The notes under the pieces: generated by a model
What the model was told of the DNA's origin: nothing
Seen by the model: the letters and a program-made list of their open reading frames with translations, nothing else
The model's database searches: none
Made by a program: the position numbers and the translations under genes
Part shown: piece by piece, positions 35,504 to 46,464 of the stretch
How positions within the stretch are numbered: the first letter of the stretch is position 1
Layout: every line of letters begins with the position of its first letter
Origin: a virus
IMG/VR virus record: IMGVR_UViG_3300032116_000122
Span: 1-64,000 of that record
Length of the DNA: 64,000 bases
Strand: one strand, 5' to 3'

Positions 35504-38500
35504 TGGCAAATGATGATGAAATCCAGAAAATGGTTTCAAAAGAAACTCAGTCTATGGCTAAGGCTGAAGTTGGCATTAACGCTGACACCACTGATTTACG
35601 GAACATCACAGAGGCCCTTAAAAAAGCGTCTGAGGAAGGTAAACGCCTAGCGACAAGCCTTGGTCAGGCTGTAAAAGCCATGCGACAACTAAAGGAGATG
35701 GGCCTCGTACAAGTGTACGACCAATCCGCGCATTGGAGTGGAGGTCAAGGTGGAGGTGGGGGAGGTGCTGCTGGTGGTGGGCAGCTAAGCGTCGGCAGCA
35801 CCCCAGTAGCGGGCTCTAAACCCAGTCACCCAGCACCTATAACACCAGCACCAAACGCTGTTGCTGCCGCAGGAGGAGCACCACCTGGAGTTGCTGGACT
35901 ACAGGGAGTACCAGGATCATTTTTTAGAGGAGCTAATCCTGGAACATTTGCAGGCGTTCCGGGAGTACTCGGTTCCGGTGGAAGTGGAGCAATAGGTGGA
36001 TCGGCTCAGTTAGGAGCCGGTGGTTTTGGTGCAGGAAACATAGCATCAATAATTGGAAGTCTTGGTTCACAAATTGTTAGTGCAATTGACAAGCGTGTTG
36101 ATGCTGGTAGAGGATACTCACTAGCCGCAGATAAAAGCACACTAGTGATGCAACAGCTCACAGGCATGAGCCAAACCGGAGTAATGAATAACCTAAGAAT
36201 GCCATTAACCCAGTATAAGCTTGGAGTTAATGGTATTAACGAAATGATGGATCTACAGGCAAGAACTGGTATAAGTGCCGCAGGTCAGGCCCGAAGCGTT
36301 GAAATGATGAGAACTCTTAGTGGGTTTACCATGGACGCTGCTGGGGCTACTGGAATTATTGAAAGTATGGCTGACCCAGAAACAGTGAACAAGATGTTCA
36401 TGATGACTGGTATGAGCTTAATTGGGCCTGGTGGTAAACAAAGATCAGCTCAATCTTTGATTGAAAGTATGGCTAAGAGAGCTGGACTAATGGACCCCAA
36501 GCTTGCCGCATCGGCTATGGCTCCAGGTTCTGTATCTCGTGCAACACTATCTCAAATGGGTGTTACTGGCGACATGCAGGAACAGGTTCTTAGATTTGCA
36601 CAATCAAACGCAGCGTTTCGTAAGCGCGGTGGAAAAGGCACGTACGATCCAACAAATGAAGAAGATCGCAAGCTTATGGGTATCGATGACACATTTGCTA
36701 TGGAAGCTGAGGAAACTCAGCGTCGTCGTGGAAAGCGCGAAGAGCAGTTTTATAGGGACCAGGCAGATGCGTACGCAAAATTAGAACGGCAGACACAACG
36801 CCTTACCGACGTGATGGCTAAGTTTGAGCATGCAATGGAAGGCATAATTGGCGCAAGAACCGGTGGAAGAGTTGGTCAAAAGATTCTTGGTGGTATGGCA
36901 GGAGCTGCTGGAATCGGAATGTTGGGGTTAGGTGTCGCTACCGGTGGAATTGGGTTGTTGGCTGGTGGAGCCATTCTCGGTGGTTTAGGCAAAATACTAG
37001 GCGACCCAAATACCAGTGATGATTTTGCGTCCTCAATATGGACCCCACGTAGTTCTAGTACACCAGTTACTGGGAGTAGCATGGCTACTGTACCAGCTGG
37101 TACACCTGCTGGTCCACCTCCTGCTCCTCCCCCACCAGCCATAATAGTACCACCTCCAGTAGAGGTTTGGTCTCCTGGCCAATTTGATCAATTTAAAACC
37201 GGCCTTAAAGCTACGTATACTGATAGTTTTCTCCAAACTCAATACAGTGGTAATCCTGAGTACACAATTAAAAACACTGGTGAATTTAACGAACTGAACG
37301 GAGCACTAAGAAAAGCCATAAACAGCATGGCAGACAGAGCAATGGCAGAGGCTGGACTAGACATTAACCTAGTCAGTGGTAGACGATCTACTGATGAACA
37401 AGTAAAACTTTTCTTAGAGCGGTATCAAGTAGCGCCTAACGGTGTAAAAGAGTACAGAGACGCTTACGACGGAAAAACTTATAAAGTTAAACGATACTAT
37501 GGCGCTAACTGGATGAAAAAGCCATCTAACAGTGACCCCCCAGTTGCGGTACCAGGTAGTTCGCTGCACGAAATTGGTATGGCGGCAGACATTGACATGT
37601 CTGATCCGCGTGTCGCAGCATGGGTACGTAACAACAAATGGAGATTCAACCTGGTTTCAGGTGAGGGGGAAGAGCACCACTTACAGCTTGCTTGGACAAA
37701 AGACATGTCACTAAGTAAGTTCTTGGGCACCACCGGTTTAAGTATGGAGCAAGCAAATACTAATACCCATGTAGCCATGGGTGGAAACTCCCGTTATACA
37801 AATTCATTTAGACCTGGTTTTGGTGTTGACATTAATAAATTTTCAGAGGCGCTCCTTAGAAGGTGGGGTTACACCATAACCCCTGAAAAAATCATGTTAC
37901 TTAGATCATGGTCCGACAAAGAAGGTACTGGTGGATCATACAACCCAATGAACGTAGTCTCTGGCAACAACCGTGTTGATCCGGCTACAGGATACGAACG
38001 AGCCGAAACAAACTACAACGTTAACGGTGGTGGCTTGTTCCCTGTGCAAAACTTTGACAGCTTTTCACAAGGTGTTGAATACACCGCGCTGCACCTAGGT
38101 ACAAACAACTCCGCATTAATGAGCGTTTTGTCAAAACCCAACCCAACGGTTGACGAAATAAGAGGAGTACTATCCGCAGTTGGTAGAAAAACAATGCTAG
38201 GAATATTCAATGGTTACGTTGAAAAATCACAAGCTTCTGGATATGATATAAACGCTGCGTTTAACATGACCGGAACATCTGGAGTTCAAAAGATGATATC
38301 TGGTATGGACGTTGGTAAAAAAATGGCTGGATTTGCCGGTGATCCTCAGATGCCAGGTAGTGGTTCAACTTCTCCAGTATCACTTCCAAGTATTATGCCG
38401 GTGTCCCAATCGTCTGGAACTTCTTCAGTTGTTCATCAAGGGAGTACAGTTACTATATCACCAGTAATAAACTTGCAGACAACTGGTACTGCAGGGAATA

Positions 38501-38589
38501 TAAGTGAGTATGATTTAAGATTAATGGCAAAGAGGATTGCAAAGTTAATCGAACAAGAAACAAACCTTGATAAGATCAGGAGAGCGTAA
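35503..38589 (+). CDS. Tape measure protein with M15 peptidase and lysozyme-like domains
   Basis: GGAGG RBS; helical G/A/M-rich body; SGRRS..EQ, PGSSLHEIGMAADI, EEHH; WSDKEG...YNPMN...VQNFDS. Confidence 0.85.
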   Translation: MANDDEIQKMVSKETQSMAKAEVGINADTTDLRNITEALKKASEEGKRLATSLGQAVKAMRQLKEMGLVQVYDQSAHWSGGQGGGGGGAAGGGQLSVGSTPVAGSKPSHPAPITPAPNAVAAAGGAPPGVAGLQGVPGSFFRGANPGTFAGVPGVLGSGGSGAIGGSAQLGAGGFGAGNIASIIGSLGSQIVSAIDKRVDAGRGYSLAADKSTLVMQQLTGMSQTGVMNNLRMPLTQYKLGVNGINEMMDLQARTGISAAGQARSVEMMRTLSGFTMDAAGATGIIESMADPETVNKMFMMTGMSLIGPGGKQRSAQSLIESMAKRAGLMDPKLAASAMAPGSVSRATLSQMGVTGDMQEQVLRFAQSNAAFRKRGGKGTYDPTNEEDRKLMGIDDTFAMEAEETQRRRGKREEQFYRDQADAYAKLERQTQRLTDVMAKFEHAMEGIIGARTGGRVGQKILGGMAGAAGIGMLGLGVATGGIGLLAGGAILGGLGKILGDPNTSDDFASSIWTPRSSSTPVTGSSMATVPAGTPAGPPPAPPPPAIIVPPPVEVWSPGQFDQFKTGLKATYTDSFLQTQYSGNPEYTIKNTGEFNELNGALRKAINSMADRAMAEAGLDINLVSGRRSTDEQVKLFLERYQVAPNGVKEYRDAYDGKTYKVKRYYGANWMKKPSNSDPPVAVPGSSLHEIGMAADIDMSDPRVAAWVRNNKWRFNLVSGEGEEHHLQLAWTKDMSLSKFLGTTGLSMEQANTNTHVAMGGNSRYTNSFRPGFGVDINKFSEALLRRWGYTITPEKIMLLRSWSDKEGTGGSYNPMNVVSGNNRVDPATGYERAETNYNVNGGGLFPVQNFDSFSQGVEYTALHLGTNNSALMSVLSKPNPTVDEIRGVLSAVGRKTMLGIFNGYVEKSQASGYDINAAFNMTGTSGVQKMISGMDVGKKMAGFAGDPQMPGSGSTSPVSLPSIMPVSQSSGTSSVVHQGSTVTISPVINLQTTGTAGNISEYDLRLMAKRIAKLIEQETNLDKIRRA

Positions 38590-38591
38590 GT

Positions 38592-40874
38592 ATGTCTTAT
38601 AAGACAAGCAGGGACTCACTATTTCAGCAACTACCCCCCGGTGTTAGGCAGGGTGAGGTAACCAACGATCTAACCGTTGAAAACCAACCATTTTCGTATC
38701 CAACAAATATTGCTAGAGTTTCTGATTTTAGTGGACTTGGGCAAGGCTCCCTATCTAACGCCAATAACCAAAGTGTTACGCTAACGCGTGGGTTTATGAG
38801 AAACCTAATGACAGACCTAGGAGAAAACCAACCAAAATTCCCAGATGTTAGGTGTTTCTTTCAGTTTAACCCTCAAGACATTGAACATGTCATTGAAGCT
38901 AGAAAAGACATGTATTTGCCTATTCTTCAAGATCCAAACCAGCTACGCCAACCAATGGCTGGCAATGCAATGTTCAACTTTGAGCTAATTTTTGACAGAA
39001 CAATGGAAGTTAACTCAGCCGTGTACAGCACTGTTTCTCAGGGTGGAGAACCAATTCCTAACACTAAGTCTCCAGGAACCGTGGGGGTGTTTCATGATTT
39101 ACGTGTTCTGTATTCAATCATAGGTCAAGGTTTAAGTGAAGAGTTGCTTGAAGCACAGCAGGCAAAACTAAAGAATGACGTTAGACAATTTGCTATAAAA
39201 AACTACAACTCTTTAAACCTGCAATACAACTCAGAGACTACCGAGTTTAAGGCAAACCAAACTCTATTAGACCCGTCAGAAGACACCTATGGTGACGACC
39301 CCAATGCGGCAGCAACGGCCAACTTCTTAAATAGCATTGTGTCTAACCCCGAATCGTCATCTATAAATACATTCATGGCAGACTTCAACGTAGGGAACTC
39401 AGCTTTCTTAATTCCTCAACCATGTCGTGTTGTATTTTCACCAGTGTTTATGGTTGATGGATTTGTTATGGGTACAAAAGTTTTGTTTACTAAATTTAGT
39501 ACAAAAATGATCCCTACTCAGTGTAAAGTTTACATAACTATGCAAGCTACTTATCTTGGATTTGCTAGAGCAAAAACATTTATAACTGAGCAACTTGATG
39601 AAACTGCAAGACAAAACACAGAAAACGATAGAATTGCTGTGAGTGAGTTAGGGTCTGTTGGGTTTGAGCTGTCTGGAGCTGTTTCCGACATTACGGTTGG
39701 GTTCTCCAGTGACCCTAGAGTAATAACCAAACCTGGCGATTCCGCACAGGGTCAGTACTCTACTGAGATTTATGATTCTATATTAAATGACATTCCAACT
39801 ACAGTTGGATACGCTTACCAACCTTTTTGGTTATACGCTACCAAGGGGTTTTGGTACACTCGTCCATCGATTCCAAACTACGCTGGAGCACCAATTGGAA
39901 CTGGTTCCAAATCAAATATCGCCGTTGATGGTGGTAGTGAGGATTACGACCCACTATATATGCTTCAAAGCCCATTAACAGACAGAACACCACACTTTCA
40001 ACCACAGTTGTCTGTGCGAATTTCTCCTAGCGAAGAAAGCAAAAAAAGAATAAAAGAAGATGTGTTTGAAAAACTGCAGTCATCTAACCCAAAACTTACT
40101 TTTGAAGTAAAAGCACACATATTTGGCCCGTTTGCAACGCAAAACGATGCAGACACATTTAACGCAACCAAGATTGGAAAAACCCCTTTCTCTACTTTAT
40201 CTACTGCTGTTACAGGCTCTGGTCTGTACGTTGGTAAGTATTCTGTTCGTAAGGAAATTGCCACAGCAGATAAGTGGGATGACTACGCTAAAGATCCGCA
40301 AAACTGGACTATGGACATGAAGGCCACCAATGATGACTCAAACAGTCTAAATACTGCTCCTGACCCAATAACCCCCAGTACTAAAAATGCCCAAAATAAA
40401 TCTGTAGCAGATGAAGCAGACGCCAGAGTTGCAGCAGCTTATTCTGGCGCGTTGATCGACTTTCCTAGTAAAACACCTGAAATAAACACAGCTATAGAAA
40501 ACACACAAAGGCTTTATTACGACGGGCTATCATCAAAAGTTGAAAAAATTAATCCAGACTGGAGCGGTCCGGATATAAACTTTAGAGGGTTAGTTGGAAT
40601 GCCACAAGAGGTATATCAAATAACAGTAGAGAATGGTGGAGATAGATTAGACTCTCTACTACAGTTAGTAGACAATGTACACGGACTAAGCTCCAAGTAT
40701 TTCTCTATAGTAGTTGATGCAGTAATTGTGTATGAAATTGAAACGGCAGCTGGTGTATATAAGAAGGCTTCTCCAGGAGGGGTTAGAAGCACCGCTGTTA
40801 AATTAGGTAGTGACTTTGGTTTTACAACTTCATTGAACTTGGGATGGGGGTCGTTGGCTGTTCTGCCAATTTAA
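38592..40874 (+). CDS. Baseplate/tube-initiator protein with long C-terminal extension
   Basis: FQFNP, FELIFDRT, V.FTKFS..MIP..C.V.I. Confidence 0.7.
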   Translation: MSYKTSRDSLFQQLPPGVRQGEVTNDLTVENQPFSYPTNIARVSDFSGLGQGSLSNANNQSVTLTRGFMRNLMTDLGENQPKFPDVRCFFQFNPQDIEHVIEARKDMYLPILQDPNQLRQPMAGNAMFNFELIFDRTMEVNSAVYSTVSQGGEPIPNTKSPGTVGVFHDLRVLYSIIGQGLSEELLEAQQAKLKNDVRQFAIKNYNSLNLQYNSETTEFKANQTLLDPSEDTYGDDPNAAATANFLNSIVSNPESSSINTFMADFNVGNSAFLIPQPCRVVFSPVFMVDGFVMGTKVLFTKFSTKMIPTQCKVYITMQATYLGFARAKTFITEQLDETARQNTENDRIAVSELGSVGFELSGAVSDITVGFSSDPRVITKPGDSAQGQYSTEIYDSILNDIPTTVGYAYQPFWLYATKGFWYTRPSIPNYAGAPIGTGSKSNIAVDGGSEDYDPLYMLQSPLTDRTPHFQPQLSVRISPSEESKKRIKEDVFEKLQSSNPKLTFEVKAHIFGPFATQNDADTFNATKIGKTPFSTLSTAVTGSGLYVGKYSVRKEIATADKWDDYAKDPQNWTMDMKATNDDSNSLNTAPDPITPSTKNAQNKSVADEADARVAAAYSGALIDFPSKTPEINTAIENTQRLYYDGLSSKVEKINPDWSGPDINFRGLVGMPQEVYQITVENGGDRLDSLLQLVDNVHGLSSKYFSIVVDAVIVYEIETAAGVYKKASPGGVRSTAVKLGSDFGFTTSLNLGWGSLAVLPI

Positions 40875-40877
40875 ACT

Positions 40878-41123
40878 ATGAAGACAAAATACTTTTCTAC
40901 TGATAGATACTCTTTAGACAGTTCTGGTCAAACTGCTTCAAGAACTAGGTTTGTTGCAAGTGGGTACTCTGTGTACACATCAGTCACCGGAGATACCTTT
41001 ATGTCCTTAAGTATCAGATTTTTAGGGGATCAATCTCGTTATTGGGAAATCGCAGACATTAATCCTCAAGTTGAATGGCCCGATAGAATACCAATTGGTA
41101 CAACACTTAGGATTCCAATATGA
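40878..41123 (+). CDS. LysM/tail X-like baseplate protein
   Basis: GDTF..LS.RFLGD...YWEIADINP...IPIGTTLRIP. Confidence 0.88.
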   Translation: MKTKYFSTDRYSLDSSGQTASRTRFVASGYSVYTSVTGDTFMSLSIRFLGDQSRYWEIADINPQVEWPDRIPIGTTLRIPI

Positions 41124-42283
41124 TTGGCCCTTCTATAAACAAGTTTTCTGCAAGCTGCAGATTCCAAATACACGGAGTACCATTAGACCACACGACTATT
41201 ATTGAATACGAACTTTCGTTGTCCGAGAACAAACACGACTTATTAATCGTAACTATGGCTGGCGTTCCAGCAGCCGCAGTAACTGATTACATAGGAGTAC
41301 CCGTAACTTTTTCCCTTGGAGAGGGTGTGGGGACATCACAACAGTTTGTTGGGTATGTTTCGTATGTTGAACCAATGCATAACGCAAAAGACGGGCTGAT
41401 CAACAAAAGCCCAATACAGCTAGCAAAGGTGTACTGCATTGGGGCATCAATGGTCATGAAAGAAGTAAGATCAAAAGTATGGGAAACCCCTACACTTACA
41501 GAGATCGTTACTTTTATATCAGACACTCATGGATTTAGCGTTGATTACCCTAAGGACTCCTATAAGCCTGTCCGTCTAGTTCAGTCAAACGAAAGCGACT
41601 GGTCGTTTTTAAATAGAGTCTGCAAGAAGTTTGGTTTGTCATTTTCTCTACACGGAACACACCTTCATCTGTGGGACAGAAACAAATTTACTGGCAGAGC
41701 ATCGTCTTACCATAGAGCTTTAACTAGCAATAGGACTCAAGAAAACAGGCCATTCTATGTGCTTAATTTTGAAGCAACCCTAGGAAAGATCTCGTCTTCG
41801 GGAGACCGCAGTCGAAATGTGGTTACTGTTTTGGATTCACAAAATAACATACATGTAGTAGTAGACGAAACCTCTGAGTACTTTCCCGGATCGACTGATT
41901 CGCCTAAGTTATTTAAAAAACCTCTTACGCTATCTCTGAACTCTTTAGAAGAGGGTGTTAGAACTATAGATTCATACGACAAGTACAACTCAATTTACAA
42001 TGCAAAACTTAACGTAATGTATGGCGGAGGAGCTGTGCCTGGTGGCATACTTTATCTTGATGGGTTTGACTCAAAGTTCGATGGGTTCTGGTATATATCT
42101 GACGTAACTCATTTTGTTAAATCAGAGAACTATGTAACAGAGTTAATCCTGGCAAAATCAGATGAGTTTAACCAGGTTGTTGATACTTCCAATGTCACTA
42201 CATTTCAAATACCACCGGAGTACAAGATGAGTTTTAATGAAGAATGGATTGCTAGCACAGCTAGGGTGTTGGAATATGCCTAG
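41120..42283 (+). CDS. Baseplate hub (P2 gpD / T4 gp27-like)
   Basis: QSNESDWSFL, DGFWYISDVTH. Confidence 0.85.
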   Translation: MIGPSINKFSASCRFQIHGVPLDHTTIIEYELSLSENKHDLLIVTMAGVPAAAVTDYIGVPVTFSLGEGVGTSQQFVGYVSYVEPMHNAKDGLINKSPIQLAKVYCIGASMVMKEVRSKVWETPTLTEIVTFISDTHGFSVDYPKDSYKPVRLVQSNESDWSFLNRVCKKFGLSFSLHGTHLHLWDRNKFTGRASSYHRALTSNRTQENRPFYVLNFEATLGKISSSGDRSRNVVTVLDSQNNIHVVVDETSEYFPGSTDSPKLFKKPLTLSLNSLEEGVRTIDSYDKYNSIYNAKLNVMYGGGAVPGGILYLDGFDSKFDGFWYISDVTHFVKSENYVTELILAKSDEFNQVVDTSNVTTFQIPPEYKMSFNEEWIASTARVLEYA

Positions 42284-42509
42284 CTCAGATATAACACTGC
42301 ACAGGGCCCTTGTGGTTAGGGTATCTGGGGATGAAGTATACGTAAAGATCCCAAGCGTACTTGGGGCAAATGAGTCAATAGCGTTACACACCCCCAAGAC
42401 CCCGGCAGTTAGCTGGCCCCCTGTTGATGGTAACCAGTTAATTGTTGCAGTTGAAGGTGAGAACTTTAATAAAGTTTACGCTATAGCAAATATTGACACT
42501 GGTATATAG
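42276..42509 (+). CDS. Short baseplate spike (gpV OB-fold only)
   Basis: HRALVV...VKIPSVLG...PP..G.Q..VA.EG; between hub and gp25. Confidence 0.7.
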   Translation: MPSSDITLHRALVVRVSGDEVYVKIPSVLGANESIALHTPKTPAVSWPPVDGNQLIVAVEGENFNKVYAIANIDTGI

Positions 42510-42521
42510 TTTGGAGTAACC

Positions 42522-42920
42522 ATGAAGTCTATAAAGATACCGTTTTCGTTCGTAGGTGGGAAGATAAACTCCACAACGGACGAGGGTACTATCGCCAACC
42601 AAAAAATAGAGGCTGTGTTAACCACAATGCGTGGAGAACGTATTTTAAACCAAACGTTCGGCAGCGACATGAAACTACTTGTAAATGATACACCTAATGA
42701 AATTATTTTAGCTGATGCTAAAATAGAAGCTATATATGACTTAAAGGGTCAGGTGTCGGGTGCTCAAATAATTGATATGAATTTTGACCTTGATTCACTG
42801 ACTAGCGATGACCCAACTTTAAATGTATATGTTACATACAAACTACCACTAGGAAACTATAGGACTGGGAGAGTTAAACTGGCTGTTCCTGGGTTAATTA
42901 CAGAAGATACGATTGTGTAG
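42522..42920 (+). CDS. Baseplate wedge gp25/GPW
   Basis: IKIPF, LTTMRGERILNQTFGS. Confidence 0.9.
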   Translation: MKSIKIPFSFVGGKINSTTDEGTIANQKIEAVLTTMRGERILNQTFGSDMKLLVNDTPNEIILADAKIEAIYDLKGQVSGAQIIDMNFDLDSLTSDDPTLNVYVTYKLPLGNYRTGRVKLAVPGLITEDTIV

Positions 42921-42927
42921 GTAACTA

Positions 42928-44400
42928 ATGACATCTGACCAAACATTTAATTACGCAAGTAGGACCTACGGTACTATCCGCCAGGACTTACTTGCTAGAG
43001 CTTCTACAGTAGCCCCAGAATGGACTGACAGAGACGCGTCTGATTTTGGTATGTTATTTGTAGACCTATGGTCGTATATCGGGGACATAGTTCACTATTA
43101 CATTGACCGCACCGGTAGGGAATCCTTTATCTCCACAGCAACACAAAGAGAGAGCTTGTTGGCCTATGCCAACATGTTTGGGTACAAGCCAAGCGGTCGT
43201 GAATCTGCAAGAGGTTCTGTATATATAGCAAACTCTTCCAGTGCTTCTGCGTATACGCTACCTATTAACTCTCAACTTCGCGCAAACTTTGACAATGTTA
43301 ACTACAATTTTTACACCACAAACGCTATAACCATAGCCCCAGGAACGGTAGAAGAAGTTGAAGTCGTTGAAGGAAAGCTAGTCACCAACGACGTATTAAC
43401 TACCTCATCCTCCGGTTCTCCCAACCAGTCGTACATCCTAACTACTACTGATCCAGCGATATCTTCAATAGAGATAACCGTAACAGAAGACGGTGTAGAT
43501 GTCCCATACCTACAGTACGCTGACATATCAGACATGTCTAGTGGGTCTAGAGGGTTTATAGTTAAACTAACGTCCGCTGGAACAGTTCAGGTTAGTTTTG
43601 GTAACCGTATTAACGGGTTTGTTCCACCAGCTGGATCTAAGATAACAGCTTCCTACACTAGAAGCTCCGGGGTTAATGGCAACTTAGGAGCTAACCTAAT
43701 TTCTTCTTTTGTGGAAAACCACCCAAGTTACATTACGATCTCATCATCGACAGCTACCACCAGCGGTACAAACGGTGAGACTGCGGAAAGCTTAAAGTCA
43801 AATATCATTTCATCAATACGCACACAGGATAGAGCTGTGACCCTACAGGACTACGCGGACATTGCTAAAACGGTTTCTGGGGTATACAAAGCTATCTCTT
43901 CGTATACACCATCTGCCCTGGGCAGCTCAGCTGGGGCATCGGTAACAATCTACGCACTACCGTTTGTCAGTGACTTCCTGACTACCACTAGCTATTCAAT
44001 AACCGTTCCAACAACTTTAAAAAATGACGTTATAGAAAAGTTGACCCCAAGAAGTATGATTGGCGTAACACCCGTAGCAGCTAGTACTGTGACTTTAAGA
44101 CGATTAGACATAACTGCGTCTATACAAGTTTCCGAAGGGTTCGTTAGTAGCTGGGTCGAAGCAAATGTTAGAAACGCCATTGATGGGCTATTTACATTTG
44201 ATAATGCAGACTTTGGAAAAGAGATTCGTAGGGGAGAGGTATACAAATTGTTGATGAATCTTACAGGGGTTGACTACATCGAAATATCTGACTTTTCGAT
44301 AGAAGATGGTTCTAATACAGTAAACGCAGTGCTTGACCCTACACATATTCTCAGAAAGGGCAATATAACATTGACGTTTGCTGGAGGGATGGGTAGCTAA
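42928..44400 (+). CDS. Baseplate J-like protein
   Basis: PEWTD...DFG, FGYKP, V.FGN..NG..P, DRAVTLQDY. Confidence 0.92.
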   Translation: MTSDQTFNYASRTYGTIRQDLLARASTVAPEWTDRDASDFGMLFVDLWSYIGDIVHYYIDRTGRESFISTATQRESLLAYANMFGYKPSGRESARGSVYIANSSSASAYTLPINSQLRANFDNVNYNFYTTNAITIAPGTVEEVEVVEGKLVTNDVLTTSSSGSPNQSYILTTTDPAISSIEITVTEDGVDVPYLQYADISDMSSGSRGFIVKLTSAGTVQVSFGNRINGFVPPAGSKITASYTRSSGVNGNLGANLISSFVENHPSYITISSSTATTSGTNGETAESLKSNIISSIRTQDRAVTLQDYADIAKTVSGVYKAISSYTPSALGSSAGASVTIYALPFVSDFLTTTSYSITVPTTLKNDVIEKLTPRSMIGVTPVAASTVTLRRLDITASIQVSEGFVSSWVEANVRNAIDGLFTFDNADFGKEIRRGEVYKLLMNLTGVDYIEISDFSIEDGSNTVNAVLDPTHILRKGNITLTFAGGMGS

Positions 44401-44403
44401 CTA

Positions 44404-46200
44404 ATGGCCCGCAAATCTTTCGTAGTACGCAGCTCTGCACCAAGTGGTGGTTCTTATCTACAGTATTATCCAGGTGGTGTTGGGGCATCACTGGGGTCTG
44501 CTAGCGCTACGGGTTCTGCTTCAGCAGCGTACATACGTGGTGACGGAGTTCAAGCTAGACCAACACTTGGTACAGCTGTACCTGTTGGTAATGTTCTTTA
44601 TAACGCAGCGTACTTTGAAGCAGTGGCGTCTAGCTACCAAGAAACCACTCTTACATGGGATCTTACCTTGTACGACACAGACCCATCAAACCCAGGTTTG
44701 GTAAAACCGTATTCGGTTTTAATTGTGTACTCTAATTATGGGTGCCCAGATACTATCTCAGAGGGATTTGTTCTAGTTGAAACTAGAGATTCAAAAAAGC
44801 ATGTGCATACACCAGTATTAGGTAGCTGGGCGTACTACTCAATGTTCATTAGGTACCGCTCACACGATGGTGATGACTACTACGAAATCGTGTCAAAGAT
44901 CCCAGTGCTGCTACCGGTTGACCAAGATTCTTTGGAAGATCTTTACTCAAAAATTCCTGAGCACTATCGAGCCTTGGATGAGAATAGTTCTGGGGATCTT
45001 CGTAAGTTCCTGTCTATATTTAGTTGGGACTTAGACAAAATAAAGTCAACACTTAGACATTCCCTATCGATGCGCGACCCGTTAGTAGCGGATGAAGAAT
45101 TACTAAACTATGTCGCTCAGGATCTAGGAGTTACCCTACAAACTAATGACGTTGGATCTCAGAGACTTAGAGACTACTTAGTTAACTTCTCTAGACTAAA
45201 GAAGAGAGCGGGGTCTAAGTCTTCGATAGAAGCACACCTAGAAGCTCTGTGTGGGGCTGACGTTGAGATAAACGATACCTTAAAGACTATAAGTGTTTAC
45301 CCGCAAAGAGTTAACCTTCTCTATGATCCAGCATTTGTAAATGGGGTTGCGTCGGGTATCGATGGTGGTGAGCCCACTGTTAGTAACAGCGCAATCTCGT
45401 ATGATTCTGGTGTATTAGGTGAAGCCCAAACTATTTTTTATGACGGTGGAGACACGCCCACAACTACTCTGAGTTCGGGAACAGCCACGACAGAGCGATG
45501 GGTAAGCTTTCCAGACCCTACCAATGCCCTCTACTCTTATTTAGAGACAGCTTCTACCGCTTCTCCGGGAAGCCCCAAGTACGTAAAAGTAACAGGTGGG
45601 GACATCCTATACTTCTCAATCTCAGTACCAACAGAAAGCGACGTTGCTGACTACGTAGAAGATTCTATTCAGTCAGTATCGTTCTACTACGCTGGAGGAG
45701 CATCAGGTGGGTCAGCCAACTTGATAACCACAGACATCACTGCTCAAGAGTATGCTGGGAAGAAGTACTGGAGATTAGAAGTTCCAAGCAGTGTTACTAC
45801 CTACACAAACGCAGTTCTTAGTATTAAGTTTGCAAACAGCGTTGGTAGCTTTTCCATATCATACGCTGACTTTAAATACGCCCTTCTTGAAAGAAACACA
45901 ATTGGTGAATACTTTGATGGTAACACCGTACGGGGCGGATGGTTGATTGGTTCTACTGGGTCGATATCTGACTACAGGTGGAAGGGCACCCCAAATGATT
46001 CTCAGTCAGTATTCTCGTCAAACTGGGCAAAAACACAGAACGTTATAGACAGACTTCTGCAGTATATTATTCCTGTTACAGAGTCCATATCGTCTGGAAC
46101 ACTGTATAGTAACGGGTACTATAAGACTACCGGTGGTTCTATAACAAAACTACCAACTTACAAGTACACTTTTACATACGACAAAATACCGGGAGAATAA
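44404..46200 (+). CDS. Baseplate wedge (P2 gpI-like) protein
   Basis: LYSKIPEHYR..D...L.KFL, L.YVAQDLG; YFDG...YRWKGTPNDS. Confidence 0.75.
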   Translation: MARKSFVVRSSAPSGGSYLQYYPGGVGASLGSASATGSASAAYIRGDGVQARPTLGTAVPVGNVLYNAAYFEAVASSYQETTLTWDLTLYDTDPSNPGLVKPYSVLIVYSNYGCPDTISEGFVLVETRDSKKHVHTPVLGSWAYYSMFIRYRSHDGDDYYEIVSKIPVLLPVDQDSLEDLYSKIPEHYRALDENSSGDLRKFLSIFSWDLDKIKSTLRHSLSMRDPLVADEELLNYVAQDLGVTLQTNDVGSQRLRDYLVNFSRLKKRAGSKSSIEAHLEALCGADVEINDTLKTISVYPQRVNLLYDPAFVNGVASGIDGGEPTVSNSAISYDSGVLGEAQTIFYDGGDTPTTTLSSGTATTERWVSFPDPTNALYSYLETASTASPGSPKYVKVTGGDILYFSISVPTESDVADYVEDSIQSVSFYYAGGASGGSANLITTDITAQEYAGKKYWRLEVPSSVTTYTNAVLSIKFANSVGSFSISYADFKYALLERNTIGEYFDGNTVRGGWLIGSTGSISDYRWKGTPNDSQSVFSSNWAKTQNVIDRLLQYIIPVTESISSGTLYSNGYYKTTGGSITKLPTYKYTFTYDKIPGE

Positions 46201-46201
46201 G

Positions 46202-46456
46202 ATGGAGCTACTCATAGCTAGTTTAGCTGTGTACAAGATATTGCAGTTTATTGATTCTCTGCTTCCCAAAGAGGCAATGCCATGGGTGAAGCTCCTAGCC
46301 TCTCTAGTGCTTTCATACGGTGTATGTGTGGTTATGAAGGTAGAGAATATTTTTGTAAGTGGTGCTGCAGTAGCTGCCATATCTGGTACAGTTCACTCAG
46401 TTCTCCGATTACTAACGCTTCTTGGAGACTCCGCTTACAGAAAAAACATTAGATAG
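46202..46456 (+). CDS. Small multi-TM membrane protein
   Basis: Two to three hydrophobic helices. Confidence 0.7.
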   Translation: MELLIASLAVYKILQFIDSLLPKEAMPWVKLLASLVLSYGVCVVMKVENIFVSGAAVAAISGTVHSVLRLLTLLGDSAYRKNIR

Positions 46457-46464
46457 GAGCTAAC

